NCBI RefSeq assembly: GCF_006345805.1
Contig: NC_043005.1
Coordinates: forward strand, 7,254,001 to 7,318,000
Direction of reading: 5' to 3'
Source: Octopus sinensis
Taxonomy: Eukaryota
DNA: 64,000 nt
Positions within the stretch are counted from its first letter, which is position 1; every line of letters begins with the position of its first letter. This document shows, piece by piece, positions 1 to 12,790 of this stretch. Position numbers and translations under genes: made by a program. The notes beneath the pieces were generated by a model that was not told where the DNA came from, searched no databases, and saw only the letters and a program-made list of their open reading frames with translations.

Positions 1-1070
1 AAATTATTGGATTTGTAATTTCTCTGATGTGTTTGCATCTCTGTGTGTGTATATATACATTCATTTTGAAACAGTTACAGAAATAATCAAATCAAATGTA
101 AATATTGCCTTTTGATAACTCTTAATGTTTTCTTATTTGAAGTTGATGAAATTATCAATGAATTTATTGGGTAATTGCTCATTTAATTTATAATGTAAAT
201 ATTTTGTGGAAAAACTTTTAAAGTGCTTTCCTGTTTTTAAACTGAATAACTTGTAATTATGTAGTTCATTATTCATCTCAGATACATTTGCTTTAATAAT
301 ACAATAAACTTTTGTTTCCAATAGTGTGCACTTGCTTATCCTGTCTGAAGTTACATTATTGTGATAACAAAAGAGATGAAATAAGGATTAATATTTTGCT
401 AAAGTAATTCTAAACTATCAGCAGAAGGTATAATCTGGGGGTTGTTGGTTTATTTTTTAAAAAATTTTAAGATGTTATCTTATCAGTTTATCATTGAATA
501 CATGTCTATCATGAGAAATGTCTCTTGTAATAATTACATGCTCTTGTAAGTGCAACATGAACTTACCCATTTCTCAGAATTGGTTTTGTCAAAAATAAAT
601 TCTGTTTAATGATGATGAAGGTGCCGGTGACAATTATCAATTTAATGTCCACTTATATTTTTTTTTTATTAAAATAAGGAAAAAAAATTGTCTATAAAAC
701 ACAATGAAAAGCATTGATGAGTCAAAGTGGCTTTAAATTTCACTTATTCTTGAAATAATTTCTTTATAGATGAACTTTTTCTGTTGCCTTTCCACTGATA
801 AAATAGCTATCAATTGTTGACTCTTCATTCTTTAATCTCTCCTAATTTTGGTGAGTTTTACCAAACTCTACACTAAGGGAAATCAAATGTAATGCATAGG
901 TTTCTATTAATGGTGAGTATGGTTTTAAACAGAAAACATGCAATAATGAAGGATTCTATTGGCTTTGCTTAAAATATATGACGATCTCCTTTATATTTTG
1001 TATACTTTGTTCAGTTAATATTGTTTTATAACACAGCTTTCTACACATGGTTGTTTTATTTCTGTTTCAG

Positions 1071-1160
1071 GTGATATTATATGTGAATAAAGTCGGTCCA
1101 TATTTCAATCCTCATGAAACATACCACTATTACCAGCTACCGGTTTGCAGACCGGTAAAG
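1071..1160 (+). CDS. TM9SF1: TM9SF1-like coding exon A ([30 protein letters not shown])
   Basis: tttcag acceptor ends at 1070; gtagat donor at 1161; 90 nt, phase 0/0. Translation closely matches the TM9SF1 N-terminal luminal motif as recalled ([24 protein letters not shown]). Confidence 0.95.
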
Positions 1161-2431
1161 GTAGATATCATTGATTACTTTTATTTTAAGTATGTATCAT
1201 AACTGGCAGTGTTATCAGATTGTCAAAGTGCTTGATAGTATTTATTTTTTGGTTCAAATCCCACTGAAGTCGACTTAGTGTTTCATCTTCTGCAATCAAT
1301 AATACCAGTCATTATTGGTAGAGCCATTACGGTGTCAACAGGATGTGTTATGGTATTTGTGGTATTTGTTCTAGTGCTTTGCTTTCCAAGTTCAAACCCT
1401 GTCATGGCCTACGTGGGTGTTGAAGTTAATTCATAGCTTGGTTTAATGTCACACCTGATACTTAGGTACCTTTACCAGGATCCACCCAGTTGCATGCATT
1501 TGGGGCAGCCTTCCCATTTAAAGATACATTCTTTCCTCCCAGTAGTCTGAGACCCTGAAAATAGGTCATGACCTTTCCTCATGATTAAGCAATAAAAAAC
1601 GATATCAGATATTAAATTACTGAGATATATAATAAAATACAAAGGTTGGAAATAAACTAAGAATTGGAAAAATAGAAAAACAGAAAACGTATATCATGGT
1701 CTGGGAGAAAATGGTAAACATTTAAAGGTCATGGTAAGAAAGAAAAGGAAAGAAGAAAGGCACTGTTCTGATAGGAAGGTGACCATAGCTTCTTTGAATT
1801 TAGGTAGATGTTTAAAATGGATCTATTTAGTATAAAAAAAATATTAGTAATTGTTAAATTTTTATTATTTGGGTTCATTCAAGTATGTAAACATAGGTGT
1901 GAGGAGTTAGATTTGTAAGAAAGCGCCAGTCAAATATAGGTCAAATTTAGTGGTCTGCATTAAAAGTTAACTTCCAAGTATATTTTCGCTTGATTAAGAG
2001 GTTTATCGTTAAGTACTGGTTTTCTCAGTTAAAAAATTTGTTACTGTTTCTTGTACAATTTTTTCCATGTTGGCAGATGGACCCAGATGTTTGTTGTTAC
2101 TAATATTATAGACAATCTTGCAAGTTAGTAAGCATACACCTCCATACTCACTCACATATACACACATGTATATAATTAAGCTTCAATGTACAAATATTTA
2201 CATATATTTCAATATACATATATGTATATGCATGTGTATATAGATATGTGCTTTTGCATATATGCATACTTTGATACATATGCACATATACATAGATACA
2301 CATATATATAAGTATGTATGTATCTATGCAAAAATGTGTACATGTACATATTTGTATGCATAAATATTTGTATTTTAGAGTTTATATACATGCTTCAATT
2401 ATATCCATATAGTAATTTAAATAAATACATA

Positions 2432-2469
<38 letters not shown>

Positions 2470-2479
2470 TATATATATA

Positions 2480-2760
2480 AAGTTAATCCAAACATGAAAA
2501 CACAAAGAGAAAATACAACAACGCGAGGACGTGGAACAAATATAGTATTATTGGACGCTCAGGAAGGAAGGGAAGAAGGAGGATTTAACGTTTTGAGCAG
2601 AGCTCTTCATCGGAAACATAGGAAAAGGAAAGATCCAAGGAAGGGAAGACAGAGGAAAAAATATATATATATATGAATTATCCCAAAAGTAATGTAAAAG
2701 TAGATATAACATATTTATTAACTGGTATAGGCTGTTCAAATTGCACGGTGGTCGATTAGT
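2480..2760 (-). mobile_element. Penelope-like element terminal (pLTR-like) fragment
   Basis: CpG-retaining segment between (TA)n tracts; minus strand reads gtttccgatgaagagctctgctcaaaacgttaaat, resembling the CTGATGAAG...GAAACG signature of Penelope-like pLTRs. Classification is inference. Confidence 0.5.
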
Positions 2761-2764
2761 AAAC

Positions 2765-3600
2765 TCTTTCTCCATACAAAGGTTCTACTGTCTCCATCAC
2801 AAGCAATGAATTTGCACCATTGTTGCCCCTAATTCTCAAATCCTCTTTCAAAAAATTCAGGTGCACACTGTTGTAACCATTTCTTCATAACCATCTTCAT
2901 CTTGCCATCAAATTGTGGTCCCCAAAGCCTGTCCTTCAGTGTACCAAATCTGAGTTGTATTGTAGAGGGCCACTGGCCAACCCAGTTTGGACATTGTCTA
3001 ATCTGTTGCCATCTTTGTATGTGCTTGCACATTATCATTGTGAATGTGGATCATTATCAGATTCTTGTTAGATATCTTACTCTTAAAGGCTTTTCTAAGC
3101 TTTTTGAGTGTCTCAGTGCACCATTCACTATTCACAGTACAGCTGCATTCCAGAAAAACAAGGAGAATGATGATCTTGTCATCCCATAAAACACAGTTAC
3201 CATGACTTTCTATGTGGTTTGCTGACCCTTGAAGTTGTTAGTCCACGGAGGAGGGATGTAATGTCATTCAATGGAGCCTTTGTTTTCAGATCATAGAAAT
3301 ACTGTCTTATTTCATCCACTCTCACCAAATTGAGGACAAAAGGTGTTTCACTGGCTTCAAATGCTTCCCACAGTTCAGACCAGATGTTCACCCTTCTTTT
3401 CTTCAAGTTCACTGTCAACTGCCATGGTGTCCACTATGCACTCATGAATTGTGACTCACTGAGGCTAATTCTCTTCCTACTTTATTGAGCTATAACCTTT
3501 TCTCTTGCTGGTCCAGCAATTTGATACCCTTATTAGTAATTCTCTCTAGGGTATCTCCTTTATGCTCGTAAAAGTTGACAATATTGCTGCTGTTCCAGGT
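2765..3600 (-). mobile_element. Degenerate mariner (Tc1/mariner) transposase remnant
   Basis: Minus-strand frames give SA*WTPWQLT (WVP-like), NLVRVDEI (IVTGDET-like), WDDKIIILLVFLE..TVNSEWCTETLKKLRKAFK..HNDNVQAH (HDNARPH-like) and KWLQQCAPEFFERGFEN; stops and frameshifts present; TIRs not seen. Confidence 0.85.
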
Positions 3601-3659
3601 GTTGACAATGATACTTCATGTACAACTTGATGAACTATATAGGTGAATTTTAAGCATCT

Positions 3660-3880
3660 CAGCAGGACTTTCCCTGCTTTCATATCCTTAATTGCTTTAT
3701 CTATCATACTTATGTCTGATGGTAGGTGATTATGTGGCTGTTTTTTTTAGTTTCAGCTGCAAACTATTACCTTGTTTCTTGTACCATAACCATAGCCTCT
3801 GTGTACCCTGAAGTCATCATGGTATTGATTAACATGTCCATTAAAATCACCAGCTGCAATGATGAAACTATGGTCAGTTG
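3660..3880 (-). mobile_element. RTE-clade LINE fragments (APE endonuclease and linker)
   Basis: Minus strand encodes IIAAGDFNGHV...GYGYGTRNK; 3665-3710 matches the RTE copy near 12170-12210. Confidence 0.7.
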
Positions 3881-4024
3881 TATCAGAAGATAAAACTTCT
3901 AAATTGCAATATATTTGCCTCCCTTCAATAATTTAAATGAAAAGACATCTAGTCAGTCTTTAGGGTATTTCAAGACATAATTGGTAATTTAAGGGGAAGG
4001 GTAAAACCTTTGCTTCCTATAGAA

Positions 4025-4340
4025 TCATCATCATTATCGTTTAACATCTGCTTTCCATGCTAGCATGGGTGGGATGGTTTCTCAAGAGCCAGCCAGACAG
4101 AAGCCTGCACCAAACTTCTGTGACTGTTTTGGTAGGATTCTTACAGCTGGATGCCCTTCCTAACTCCAACCACTCAGCAGAGTGGACTTAGTGATTTTTA
4201 TGTGGCACAAGCACATATGAGGTCAGTTTTGGCAAGGTTTTTACAGCTGGATGCCCTTCTGAACACCAACCACTTTACAGTGGGGAGTGAGTGTTTTTAA
4301 GTGGCATCTGCATTGACAGGGTCACCAAGTACTTGCAAGA
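4025..4340 (-). mobile_element. Old (GAT)n-tailed retroposon copy
   Basis: catcatc-gtttaacatc-gctttccatgctagcatggg and cagctggatgcccttcctaac motifs shared with younger copies. Confidence 0.75.
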
Positions 4341-4937
4341 CAAAAAACTTTCAAGAGGGTAGTGGGCATTAAAGGAGGTGATCTTGTGTCGAATGACAAA
4401 AGGTTATAGTGAGACAGAGAGACAGAAACAGGTGTCTTGCTGTAGAGGAAGTACAAGGTTACCTGGTCGGAGAGAAAGGGAGAGAGATCAGGAAGGAAAA
4501 CAGAAACAGATGTACTACCACAACGGAACTACATAGTTACCCAACCTGAAGAAGTGCAAGAGGAGAGAAAGAGTAGTAGACAGCAGGATGGAGATGGTGG
4601 CAAAATGCCAGGAATACTCATAAGGGATGAGGATAAAAATATAAATGGGATGGTTGAGTAAAGGAAGAGAGAGAGATGGTGGCAAGTGCCAGGGCATACC
4701 CTAAAGTCTGAAATAAGAAAACTGGAACATCCCTATAAAATTATGGTGGGAATACATGCTGAGTGTAAATTATAAGACAACAGTTGATAAACAATAAAGT
4801 TAAAAATTGCTGAGAAATTTATGCCTTCTGGGTTTTTTTTGGGGGGTTTTTTTCATTTTATTGTTGAAATTTCTATCTGCTGTTTTAATGGTTTGTAAAA
4901 GTTATGTGTTTCAAATATTTTGAAACTTTCATTTCAG

Positions 4938-5019
4938 ATTGAGCACAAATCTCTTACTTTAGGAGAAGTCCTTGATGGAGATCGTATGGCTGTTTCTTTG
5001 TATGAACTAAATTTTAAAA
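4938..5019 (+). CDS. TM9SF1: TM9SF1-like coding exon B ([27 protein letters not shown]+1 nt)
   Basis: atttcag acceptor, gtaagt donor at 5020; 82 nt, phase 0/1; contains the family motif [10 protein letters not shown]. Confidence 0.96.
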
Positions 5020-5210
5020 GTAAGTCCTTTATAAATAAGAATTATATTTAAAATTTCAAAGATACTTAAACTGTTTTTACTAATTTTGTTTTGTAAATAA
5101 TTATCATGAGAAATGTAGAGGTGTTATCACTGTTCCAATATTAATTTGCCGCTCCGACAAGTACGCTAAATATGCAACACAAGCCAAATAATTCACTTAA
5201 TCTATCTTAA

Positions 5211-5430
5211 CCCTTTTGTTACTAGCCCAGCCAAAACCGGCTCTGGTTCTGTGGTAAAATGTCTTGTTTTCATAATTTTTGAATTAAAATCTTCCACCAA
5301 GCCTTAGTCACAATTAACGTTCCTAACACCAGCTTAATGATAACTTGGTTATTTTACTAAATTCTTTGTTATATTTAAAATAATTGAGAGAAACACAGAA
5401 CGTCTCAAAATAAATACGGTAACGAAAGAG
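5211..5430 (+). mobile_element. 220-bp TTAA-flanked MITE, family A (piggyBac-like)
   Basis: TTAA at 5207-5210 and 5431-5434; termini cccttttgttac...gtaacgaaagag; homologous to 17577-17796. Confidence 0.85.
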
Positions 5431-5854
5431 TTAATGTATATGAATAATAAAAAAATTTGACTTCTGTGAAGACTCATTTGCCATCGGTTTTTGAATGACT
5501 AACAGAAAAGCCCGATGGGTTACAAATTGTGGAAATTTCAGATAAAACAAGAAAATCTTGCATACATATTTCAAGAAACATAAAAAGAGTCATTTATATA
5601 TGCATCCCTAAAACACAATCTGTCTGAAATTCTTGCAGTTTAAAGAATGGCAACTGTGGTTGTTTATATTGTTTTTGGTTTGCCTTAATAATATATAGCT
5701 AATCAAATGTTTGGGATCTAAAACTCTTACTCCAGATTTCCAGGCATCTGGTGTAGAGAAATGAAGTATATATTGCCCTTGCCAAGCAGTGTTTCATAGT
5801 GTAGTCTTTACAGAAGCTGTCATTCATAATTCAAGTTAAATTTTGAATGATTAA

Positions 5855-6487
5855 CCCTTACTGTATTTATTTTGAGATGCTCTGTGTTTCTTCCAATAAT
5901 TTTAAATATAACAAAGAATTTAGTAAAATAACATATCAAGGCGCAGGAGTGGCTGTGTGGTAAGTAGCTTGCTAAACAACCACATGGTTCCGGGTTCAGT
6001 CCCACTGCGTGGCATCTTGGGCAAGTGTCTTCTGCTATAGCCCCGGGCCGACCAATGCTTTGTGAGTGGATTTGGTAGATGAAAACTGAAAGAAGCCTGT
6101 CGTATATATGTGTATATATATATATGTATGTGTGTATGTTTGTGTGTCTGTGTTTGTCCCCCTAGCATTGCTTGACAACCGATGCTGGTGTGTTTACGTC
6201 CCCGTCACTTAGCGGTTCGGCAAAAGAGACTGATAGAATAAGTACTGGGCTTACAAAGAATAAGTCCCGGGGTCGATTTGCTCGACTAAAGGCAGTGCTC
6301 CAGCATGGCTGCAGTCAAATGACTGAAACAAGTAAAAGAGTATAAAAAAGAAAAGAGTATTCAGCTAGTGTTAGGAACATAAATTGTGACTAAGATTTGG
6401 TGGAAGATTTGAATTCAAAACTTATGAAAACAAGACATTTATACTAAAGAACCAGAGCCGGTTTCAGCCGGGTTGGTGACGAAAGGG
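5855..6487 (-). mobile_element. MITE family A, reverse copy interrupted by a SINE
   Basis: TTAA at 5851-5854 and 6488-6491; the two halves rejoin around the SINE at about 5939-6358. Confidence 0.85.
5939..6358 (+). mobile_element. tRNA-derived SINE family 1 (CORE-like), full length
   Basis: Head ggcgcaggagtggctgtgtggtaag with A/B-box-like ggttcagtccc; ccttgggcaagtg CORE-like segment; internal TA/TG tract; aagtaaaagag tail. Confidence 0.9.
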
Positions 6488-6795
6488 TTAATGATTTTGT
6501 GGTGGTTATAAAGGAGACAAGCTAGTGTGTAAGCATCTTGAACTTTGTCATTCACTAAAGTTAATTACCAGTTAAACACAAGGTCTGGCTTTGGTTATTT
6601 TGCTGTGTGCAAGAATTTCTGTTTGTTTGACTCAGGTTGGGGAAATACAATGCAGTATCATCCTGGTGTGACCTTAATATGGACATGTAGTTTTGGGGTC
6701 AGCTGGAGGGAACAATTGCTATTGATTGCATTACACAAGTGTCTGAGTGGTCAAATAATTTTAACCTATGTCTTTTGAAGTGTAGGCAGTGTATG

Positions 6796-6831
<36 letters not shown>

Positions 6832-6943
6832 ATATTTACTGTTTAGTATGGTGGTAGGGGGCATAAGTGTGCCAGTTAGTGTTTTTGTTTTGATTTTTAT
6901 TAATGAAGGAAAAATTATGATTTCCAGGCAATAATGACATATA

Positions 6944-7329
6944 TCTTTATATATAAAAGTGAAGTTGTGTGTCTGTCTCCTACGATTTAGATTCCTAACT
7001 ACTCCCACATTTTGCGGTGCAGTTTAACCAAAACCGGGTATCTTATAGTCGTGATTCATATCGAGCCCTTCTGGGTATTAGCGCGCGTCTACGATTTAAA
7101 AAAAAATTTACCATCATTTTTTTCCATTTTAATGCATTTTTTCGCTATTATATAAGGGAAGTAACTCTCTAAAAGTGTCTACGATGAGTCAACGATTTTT
7201 AAAAAGATTTACCATCATTTTTTTCCATTTTTAATGCATTTTTTTGCTATTTTTTGGCTATAACTCTCTAAAAATGCTTATATAGTTATTTCCCTTACAA
7301 ATCCGAGCAACGCCGGGCGATACTGCTAG
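6944..7329 (+). mobile_element. Non-autonomous Helitron
   Basis: A|TC 5' end, 3' hairpin tccg-agcaacgc-cggg then CTAG|T; internal ~90-bp tandem duplication; second copy at 58913-59306. Confidence 0.85.
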
Positions 7330-7691
7330 TTGTTAAAAAAATAATGTACTTTTTTTTCCTACTGTTATGCTACTAAACGCTTATAGTGTGTTTAATCATT
7401 GATATGTTATGAAATTTTGTACCTTCTGTCAACAGCATGGAAGTCATTGATGTCTTAATTAGTTCTTATAATTTTGAATTATATACAGTGTCACTTTAAT
7501 TGCCCTTGTTTTGATCAGGTCAACCTTGATAGAATAGATCCATTGTCAAAGGAATTCTATTCATGACTTTTTTCTTTTAATGTGAGATAGAACTACATAA
7601 TTCATTGCATCCTTTCTTTTTAGATAATAGAATATGCATCTGAGGCATAAACATATGGTCTTAAGTAAATCCAGTATGGTTCTTCCTAACT

Positions 7692-8084
7692 ACTCTTTTA
7701 TTTGTTTCAGTCATTTGACTGAGGCCATGCTGGAGAACCGCCTTTAGTCAAACAAATTGACCCCAGGACTTATCCTTTGTAAGCCCAGCACTTATTCTAT
7801 CGGTCTCTTTTGCCGAACCGCTAAGTTACAGGGACGTAGACTCACCAACATCAGTTGTCAAGTGATGGTGGGGGTGGGGGACAAACACAGACGCACAAAC
7901 ATATGTATATAATATATATATGACGGACTTCTTTCAGTTTCCATCTACCAAATCCATTCACAAGGTTTTGGTTGGCCCAAGGCTATAGCAGAAGACACTT
8001 GCCCAAGGTGCCATGCAGTGGGACTGAACCCAGAACTATGTTGTTGGATAAGCAAGCTACTTACCACACAGCTACTCCTGCACC
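7692..8084 (-). mobile_element. SINE family 1
   Basis: Reverse complement of 5939-6358 from tail to head (ctcctgcacc). Confidence 0.9.
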
Positions 8085-8579
8085 TACTATATATAATTCC
8101 TACCTATCACTTTGCTTTTAAACAATTCTTTTATATGCTTTTGCTTGATTTAAAGCTCTTTACCATTACTGTGGTTATTGCATCTTCCCTCACCAAACAT
8201 ATATCTTGTATATTTGTTTTCAGAAAATTAAATTAATTTAGTAATTAGCATATTGCAAATAAGTACCAATAATTTTTCTCATCTAGAATTTAATTTAATT
8301 ATTTTATTTCATCTACTTGTGACACTACACTGATTTTTTCTATCAATGAAAGGACAGGTCTTCTTCACAACTCATTTCTGATGTATTATTTAACTGAATT
8401 ACATGGCTCTTAATTGTCATGAATAGTTATCTATTTTGGCAATTTTTCAGCATTATTAAATGCACAAAACTGTTATTATCAGATCCTTTGATAACAGGCA
8501 GTCTCGACTCTATAATGATTTTAATTTTTGCACTCATTAAGGAAGTCAGTATAAGTCAATATATACATCTTTAAGAATA

Positions 8580-8806
8580 GGCGGCGAGCTGGCAGAAACG
8601 TTAGCACGCCGGGCGAAATGCGTAGCTGTATTTCGTCGGTTGTTACGTTCCGAGTTCAAATTCCGCCGAGGTCGACTTTGCCTTTCATCCTTTCGGGGTC
8701 GATAAATTAAGTACCAGTTACGCAGTGGGGTCGATGTAATCGACTTAATCGGTTTGTCTGTCCTTGTTTGTCCTCTCTGTGTTTAGCCCCTTGTGGGTAG
8801 TAAAGA
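8580..8806 (+). mobile_element. tRNA-derived SINE family 2 (probably Meta/MESC domain), young copy
   Basis: ggcggcgagctggcagaa head; gcctttcatcctttcggggtcgataaa central motif; 22-bp direct repeat aatatatacatctttaagaata at 8558-8579 and 8807-8828. Domain name is from memory. Confidence 0.9.
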
Positions 8807-8840
8807 AATATATACATCTTTAAGAATAATACACGTTTAC

Positions 8841-9628
8841 CAGGAGGATGGATCTCCTACACTTTTCAGCTTCTAATGTCTAACTGCCAACTGATTCCCA
8901 GTTTCAGCTTTGCAGCCTTTAGTGTAACTCTACTTTCTAAAACCCTTTTCCATCATTGGTCTTCAGTATCCTATACTGAAACACACTAGAATGCAAGGTA
9001 TTAGAGGTGAACATGCATCTGAAGCTCTGAGGTTGGGAATCAGTTGAAGGTTAGACATTATAGGTTGAAAAGTATAAGAAATCCATCCCCCAGGTATTCT
9101 TGTATTATCTTTTAAAGAAAAATCAAAACTATAAAATAGTGAAAATATGAAAGGGAAATCGACAAGTTAAGAAAATAACTTTTTATTTTTTTAATTTTTT
9201 TTTTTATTCTATCTAGTTTCATCTCACGAGCTGTGGCCATGCTGGGGCACCGCCATTTTAAACATTTATAAGAAAGATGGAAATAAATAAACAGCAAAAT
9301 AGCTTTATAACTTTAAATGAAAATCAAATTGATGTTATAAAATACAGAAATATGAAAGAACTTTAATTTCAAAATATATTTTACTAAATTTCTTTATAAA
9401 ATGCTTTATTTTATGTCATATACATAGCCTTCCAATTATATTTTTTACAAATTAGATGGGTGTTCAACTCTTACACTTTGCATTCTGTTGTGCTTCAGTA
9501 TAGGATATTGAAAACCAGTGATGGAAAGGGTTTTTAGAAAGTAGTTATCCTAAAGTCTGCAAAGCTGAGGCTGGGAATCAGTTGGAGGTTAGACATAAGC
9601 TGAAAAGTGTAGGAAATCCATCCCCCCT
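8841..9628. mobile_element. Two inverted copies of an old ~250-bp fold-back MITE
   Basis: 8841-9093 has ~60-bp TIRs (cagg.ggatgga.../...tccatccccc); about 9450-9628 is the reverse complement of its left and central part. Confidence 0.6.
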
Positions 9629-10078
9629 GATATAATCCTCACTTCCATCAATTTCCATTACTGCTAAAGTCTGATGAAATAAATTAGGTCGACTATTGTA
9701 CAATAAAGTAAGCGAATCTTAGCTTGTTTGCAAAAGTGAACAAAACCTGCATGACATTCACTTATACTGCTGGAACCTTAATATGTCGAGTCAATATTTT
9801 TGGTAAAGGCAATGTGTACCTAAAATTATTGATATAAATTATTATTTTCTTTTATGCTTTGAAACAAAAAATTAATATTCCCAATTTCACCACTTTGAAG
9901 TAACTTTATTTTATCATAAATATATATCTTCAAAAGTATAATTATCATAAATAAAGTTGCAAAACTATACAGATAACATTTAGGAAAAGTCTAATTAATT
10001 GTATTTTTTCTTTGTTTTTGTTAATTACTTCTTGTTTTTAAAACTACTTTTGCATTGTTTCTGTATTCTTTTCTTCAG

Positions 10079-10183
10079 AGGATGAACAAAAACGTGAATT
10101 ATGTAAAGTTAAATTTTCTGAAAATGATATGCGATTATTACGAGATGCAATTGAAGATCTCTACTATTTTGAGTTTGTTATCG
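10079..10183 (+). CDS. TM9SF1: TM9SF1-like coding exon C ((K)DEQKRELCKVKFSENDMRLLRDAIEDLYYFEFVI+1 nt)
   Basis: Polypyrimidine tract plus ttcag, gtaagt donor at 10184; 105 nt, phase 1/1; AIE.LYYFEF motif; in frame with exon B. Confidence 0.95.
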
Positions 10184-11004
10184 GTAAGTAGACATAATAA
10201 TGTAATTTTGCAGATCATCAAGAGATTCATTGTGTACATGTTTGAAATATCACTAAATTTATTTACATATTAATTTCCTTTATTTTCAAAAAAATATATT
10301 CATCTTTCTGACATTTAATTTAAACATATATCCACCCTTGTAAATTATTTTTATTTCAGGTATGATACCAAAACATGTATAATCATATAAACACATTCCT
10401 TATTCATTCAATTTTCAAACTTCACTGTTCAGTTTATATCAATAATGATAGGCGAGGGTTTCAACAGATACCTGTATCTTCTTGCACCCAAGTCATGCAG
10501 CACAAAACATAACTTGATAGGAAAACATTAGTAGACAACTACCGTCACAATGAAAGTAAAGAGTACACACATGACTGTGGAATAGTCAACCATTTCACAT
10601 AATTCAATGAGCAGGTTGCTCTCTTGGGTTCTTCCTTCCAAATCTACCCACAATGCTTTAGTTGGCCTGAGCTATAATAGAATGCACTTGCCTACAGCGC
10701 CATACTATGAGACTGAACTCAGAATCATATGGAAAATAAAGTGAGAAGGGATGATACTGAGGATGTGGGATGGATGTCAAAAGTAGTGGTCTCAAGGAGA
10801 GGGGAAGATAACTACTAGCACCAAGGGGATGAAATATATGCAGAATCTGCTGTCTAACAAATGGCACTGAATAATGCCACTGTTAGAAAAGTGATAAAAG
10901 GGTGGATGTTAGCAAGATGAGAGGTGGGGTAAGCTTAAAGGGCTCAGACAAGGCAGAAGCAGGATCCAGTGGATAGACAGATATGAACATAATGCTTTTA
11001 AGAT

Positions 11005-12790
11005 CAACAGATGGGTCTTTTCATGCACAATGAAATACCTATCATCTCACTCTTTTGTAATCACCATGGGGCTCAACAGCTTCTCACCAGCTTGGGCTAT
11101 TCCCTTTTTCATGTCTTCTTGTGCCTCCCTTTTCCACAAGTCCCATTTACTTCAAGCAGTCAGCACTTCTTTATACAGCTGTCTTCATATGCATCACATG
11201 ACCATATCCTCTGCTGTTTTCTTTCTTGTACACTACATCAGATTCCTCTTAGGCCCATTCTTTTCTCAACATATTTGTGCTTTGTCATACAAGCACACTG
11301 ATGTGGTACATCCATCAGAGAATCCTATCTTCATTCTTTTCTAGTCTTCAGTCTGCATTCAGGCCTCACATGTCACTACCACCTGTACATATAGAAGCAT
11401 CAGACAATATCTTTCAATTTTGTTGCCAATGGAGATAACTTCCTGAACTTTCTCCATACCATATTTTCGGAACATCCTCTTCCACTGCTAATTAGGTTAC
11501 CTAGGTAAGAGAAATGATCTACTAATTCTAAGGAACCTCTTGGACATTGAAGAAAATCTATTTCCTGTGTGTTCTTAGTATTCATTACCCCTGCACATCT
11601 GCCATGCATAAAGTCTACTTCTTCCCTTAACCTTCCTCTGATTCCACTGCACCTCTTGTGTCCATAGTTTGTATTGGCTGTGCCTTATGAAATTTCTACC
11701 AACAATTTCGCTACATTTCAAGCAAGGCCATTTTCCTAAAGTGAGTAAAGTTGTATCTGTTTTCCTTCTTTCTAGAACTTTGGTTTTTTTTTCTTAGTTA
11801 TCATCAAGTTCATCAGCATATAGTAGTTCCCTAGGGCAACTAGTCTTGTCTTGTTGCTATCACTTTACTAATAGCACTTCTGGCTTCATCATGGACCACC
11901 AGATCACAGAGTGAGGGATCCTATCAAAAGTGTTCTCCAGGATGATGAAACCCAAGTATAGTGGCTTCCTTTTAATGAAGTACTTCTCCTGCTGTTGTCT
12001 TACTAGAAAGAGGGCAACTGAGACATCTCCTTTATCTTTGTAACAGTGGACTATACCAGTCATTGGGTATGATATCTTCCTGTGCATTCTAATTCACTAT
12101 TCAGGTGACTAGGCTGTATCCTACTCCCAGATATTTTAAGGTATTTCAGCTGTGATTCCTGGTAGACCAGGTTCTTTCCCTACCTTCATATCCTTAATTG
12201 CTTTATCTGTCTTACTGCTGCCAACTAAGATAGTTGGTCCCTCTGTTGAGTCCCTGTCAAGAAGACTTTCTTTCTGCCATGCATTCTCCACGTTTAGTAA
12301 GCTTTCTAGCACTTCTATGCAACTTCGTTTTCAGAATCACCAAGTGAAATCACACTACTATCTATCCACACACATTTCTTACCTGCAACATCAGAATTCT
12401 TTCTTATACACTGTCACACAATCCAAAGCATCTCATGTCTCAGACCTTCACACTGTAGAACATTCCTGTCTACTTCTTTCCATGCTAAGTAGACTTGTTG
12501 CCTAGCTTCTCTTCTAACTACTTGGTATTGTTCTCTGCTCACCAAACTTTTTCAATCTTACCAGGCAGGCTTGTCTTCCCACTTTTATGACCTTGTCTGC
12601 TTCATTGTTCCACCACTAGATCACCCTTCATCTTGCTAGAACTTTGCATCAACTACAGGTTTGTCTGTGGGTTGTCTTGTATGAATTTCCAGTTGCCATC
12701 TCTGTCTCTTCCTTCTTTTTCTCAAATGCCATCTTTGAATTTCTGATTGCTTGGTGGATCTAAGCTTCCATATTTTCTTTTTCTTGATTG
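11005..12790 (-). mobile_element. Degenerate RTE-clade LINE (RT and C-terminus)
   Basis: Minus-strand KPLYLGFIILENTFDRIPHSVIWWSM (F.D.EKAFD-like), LELVDHFSYLGNLISSGRGC and decayed RWYGHV/GTCG.GR segments. Confidence 0.9.

Noticed and set aside
1155-1160. Alternative donor (accg|gtaaag) in exon A
   Set aside because: It would remove 6 nt in frame, but nothing supports it; the 1161 donor keeps the length expected from homology.
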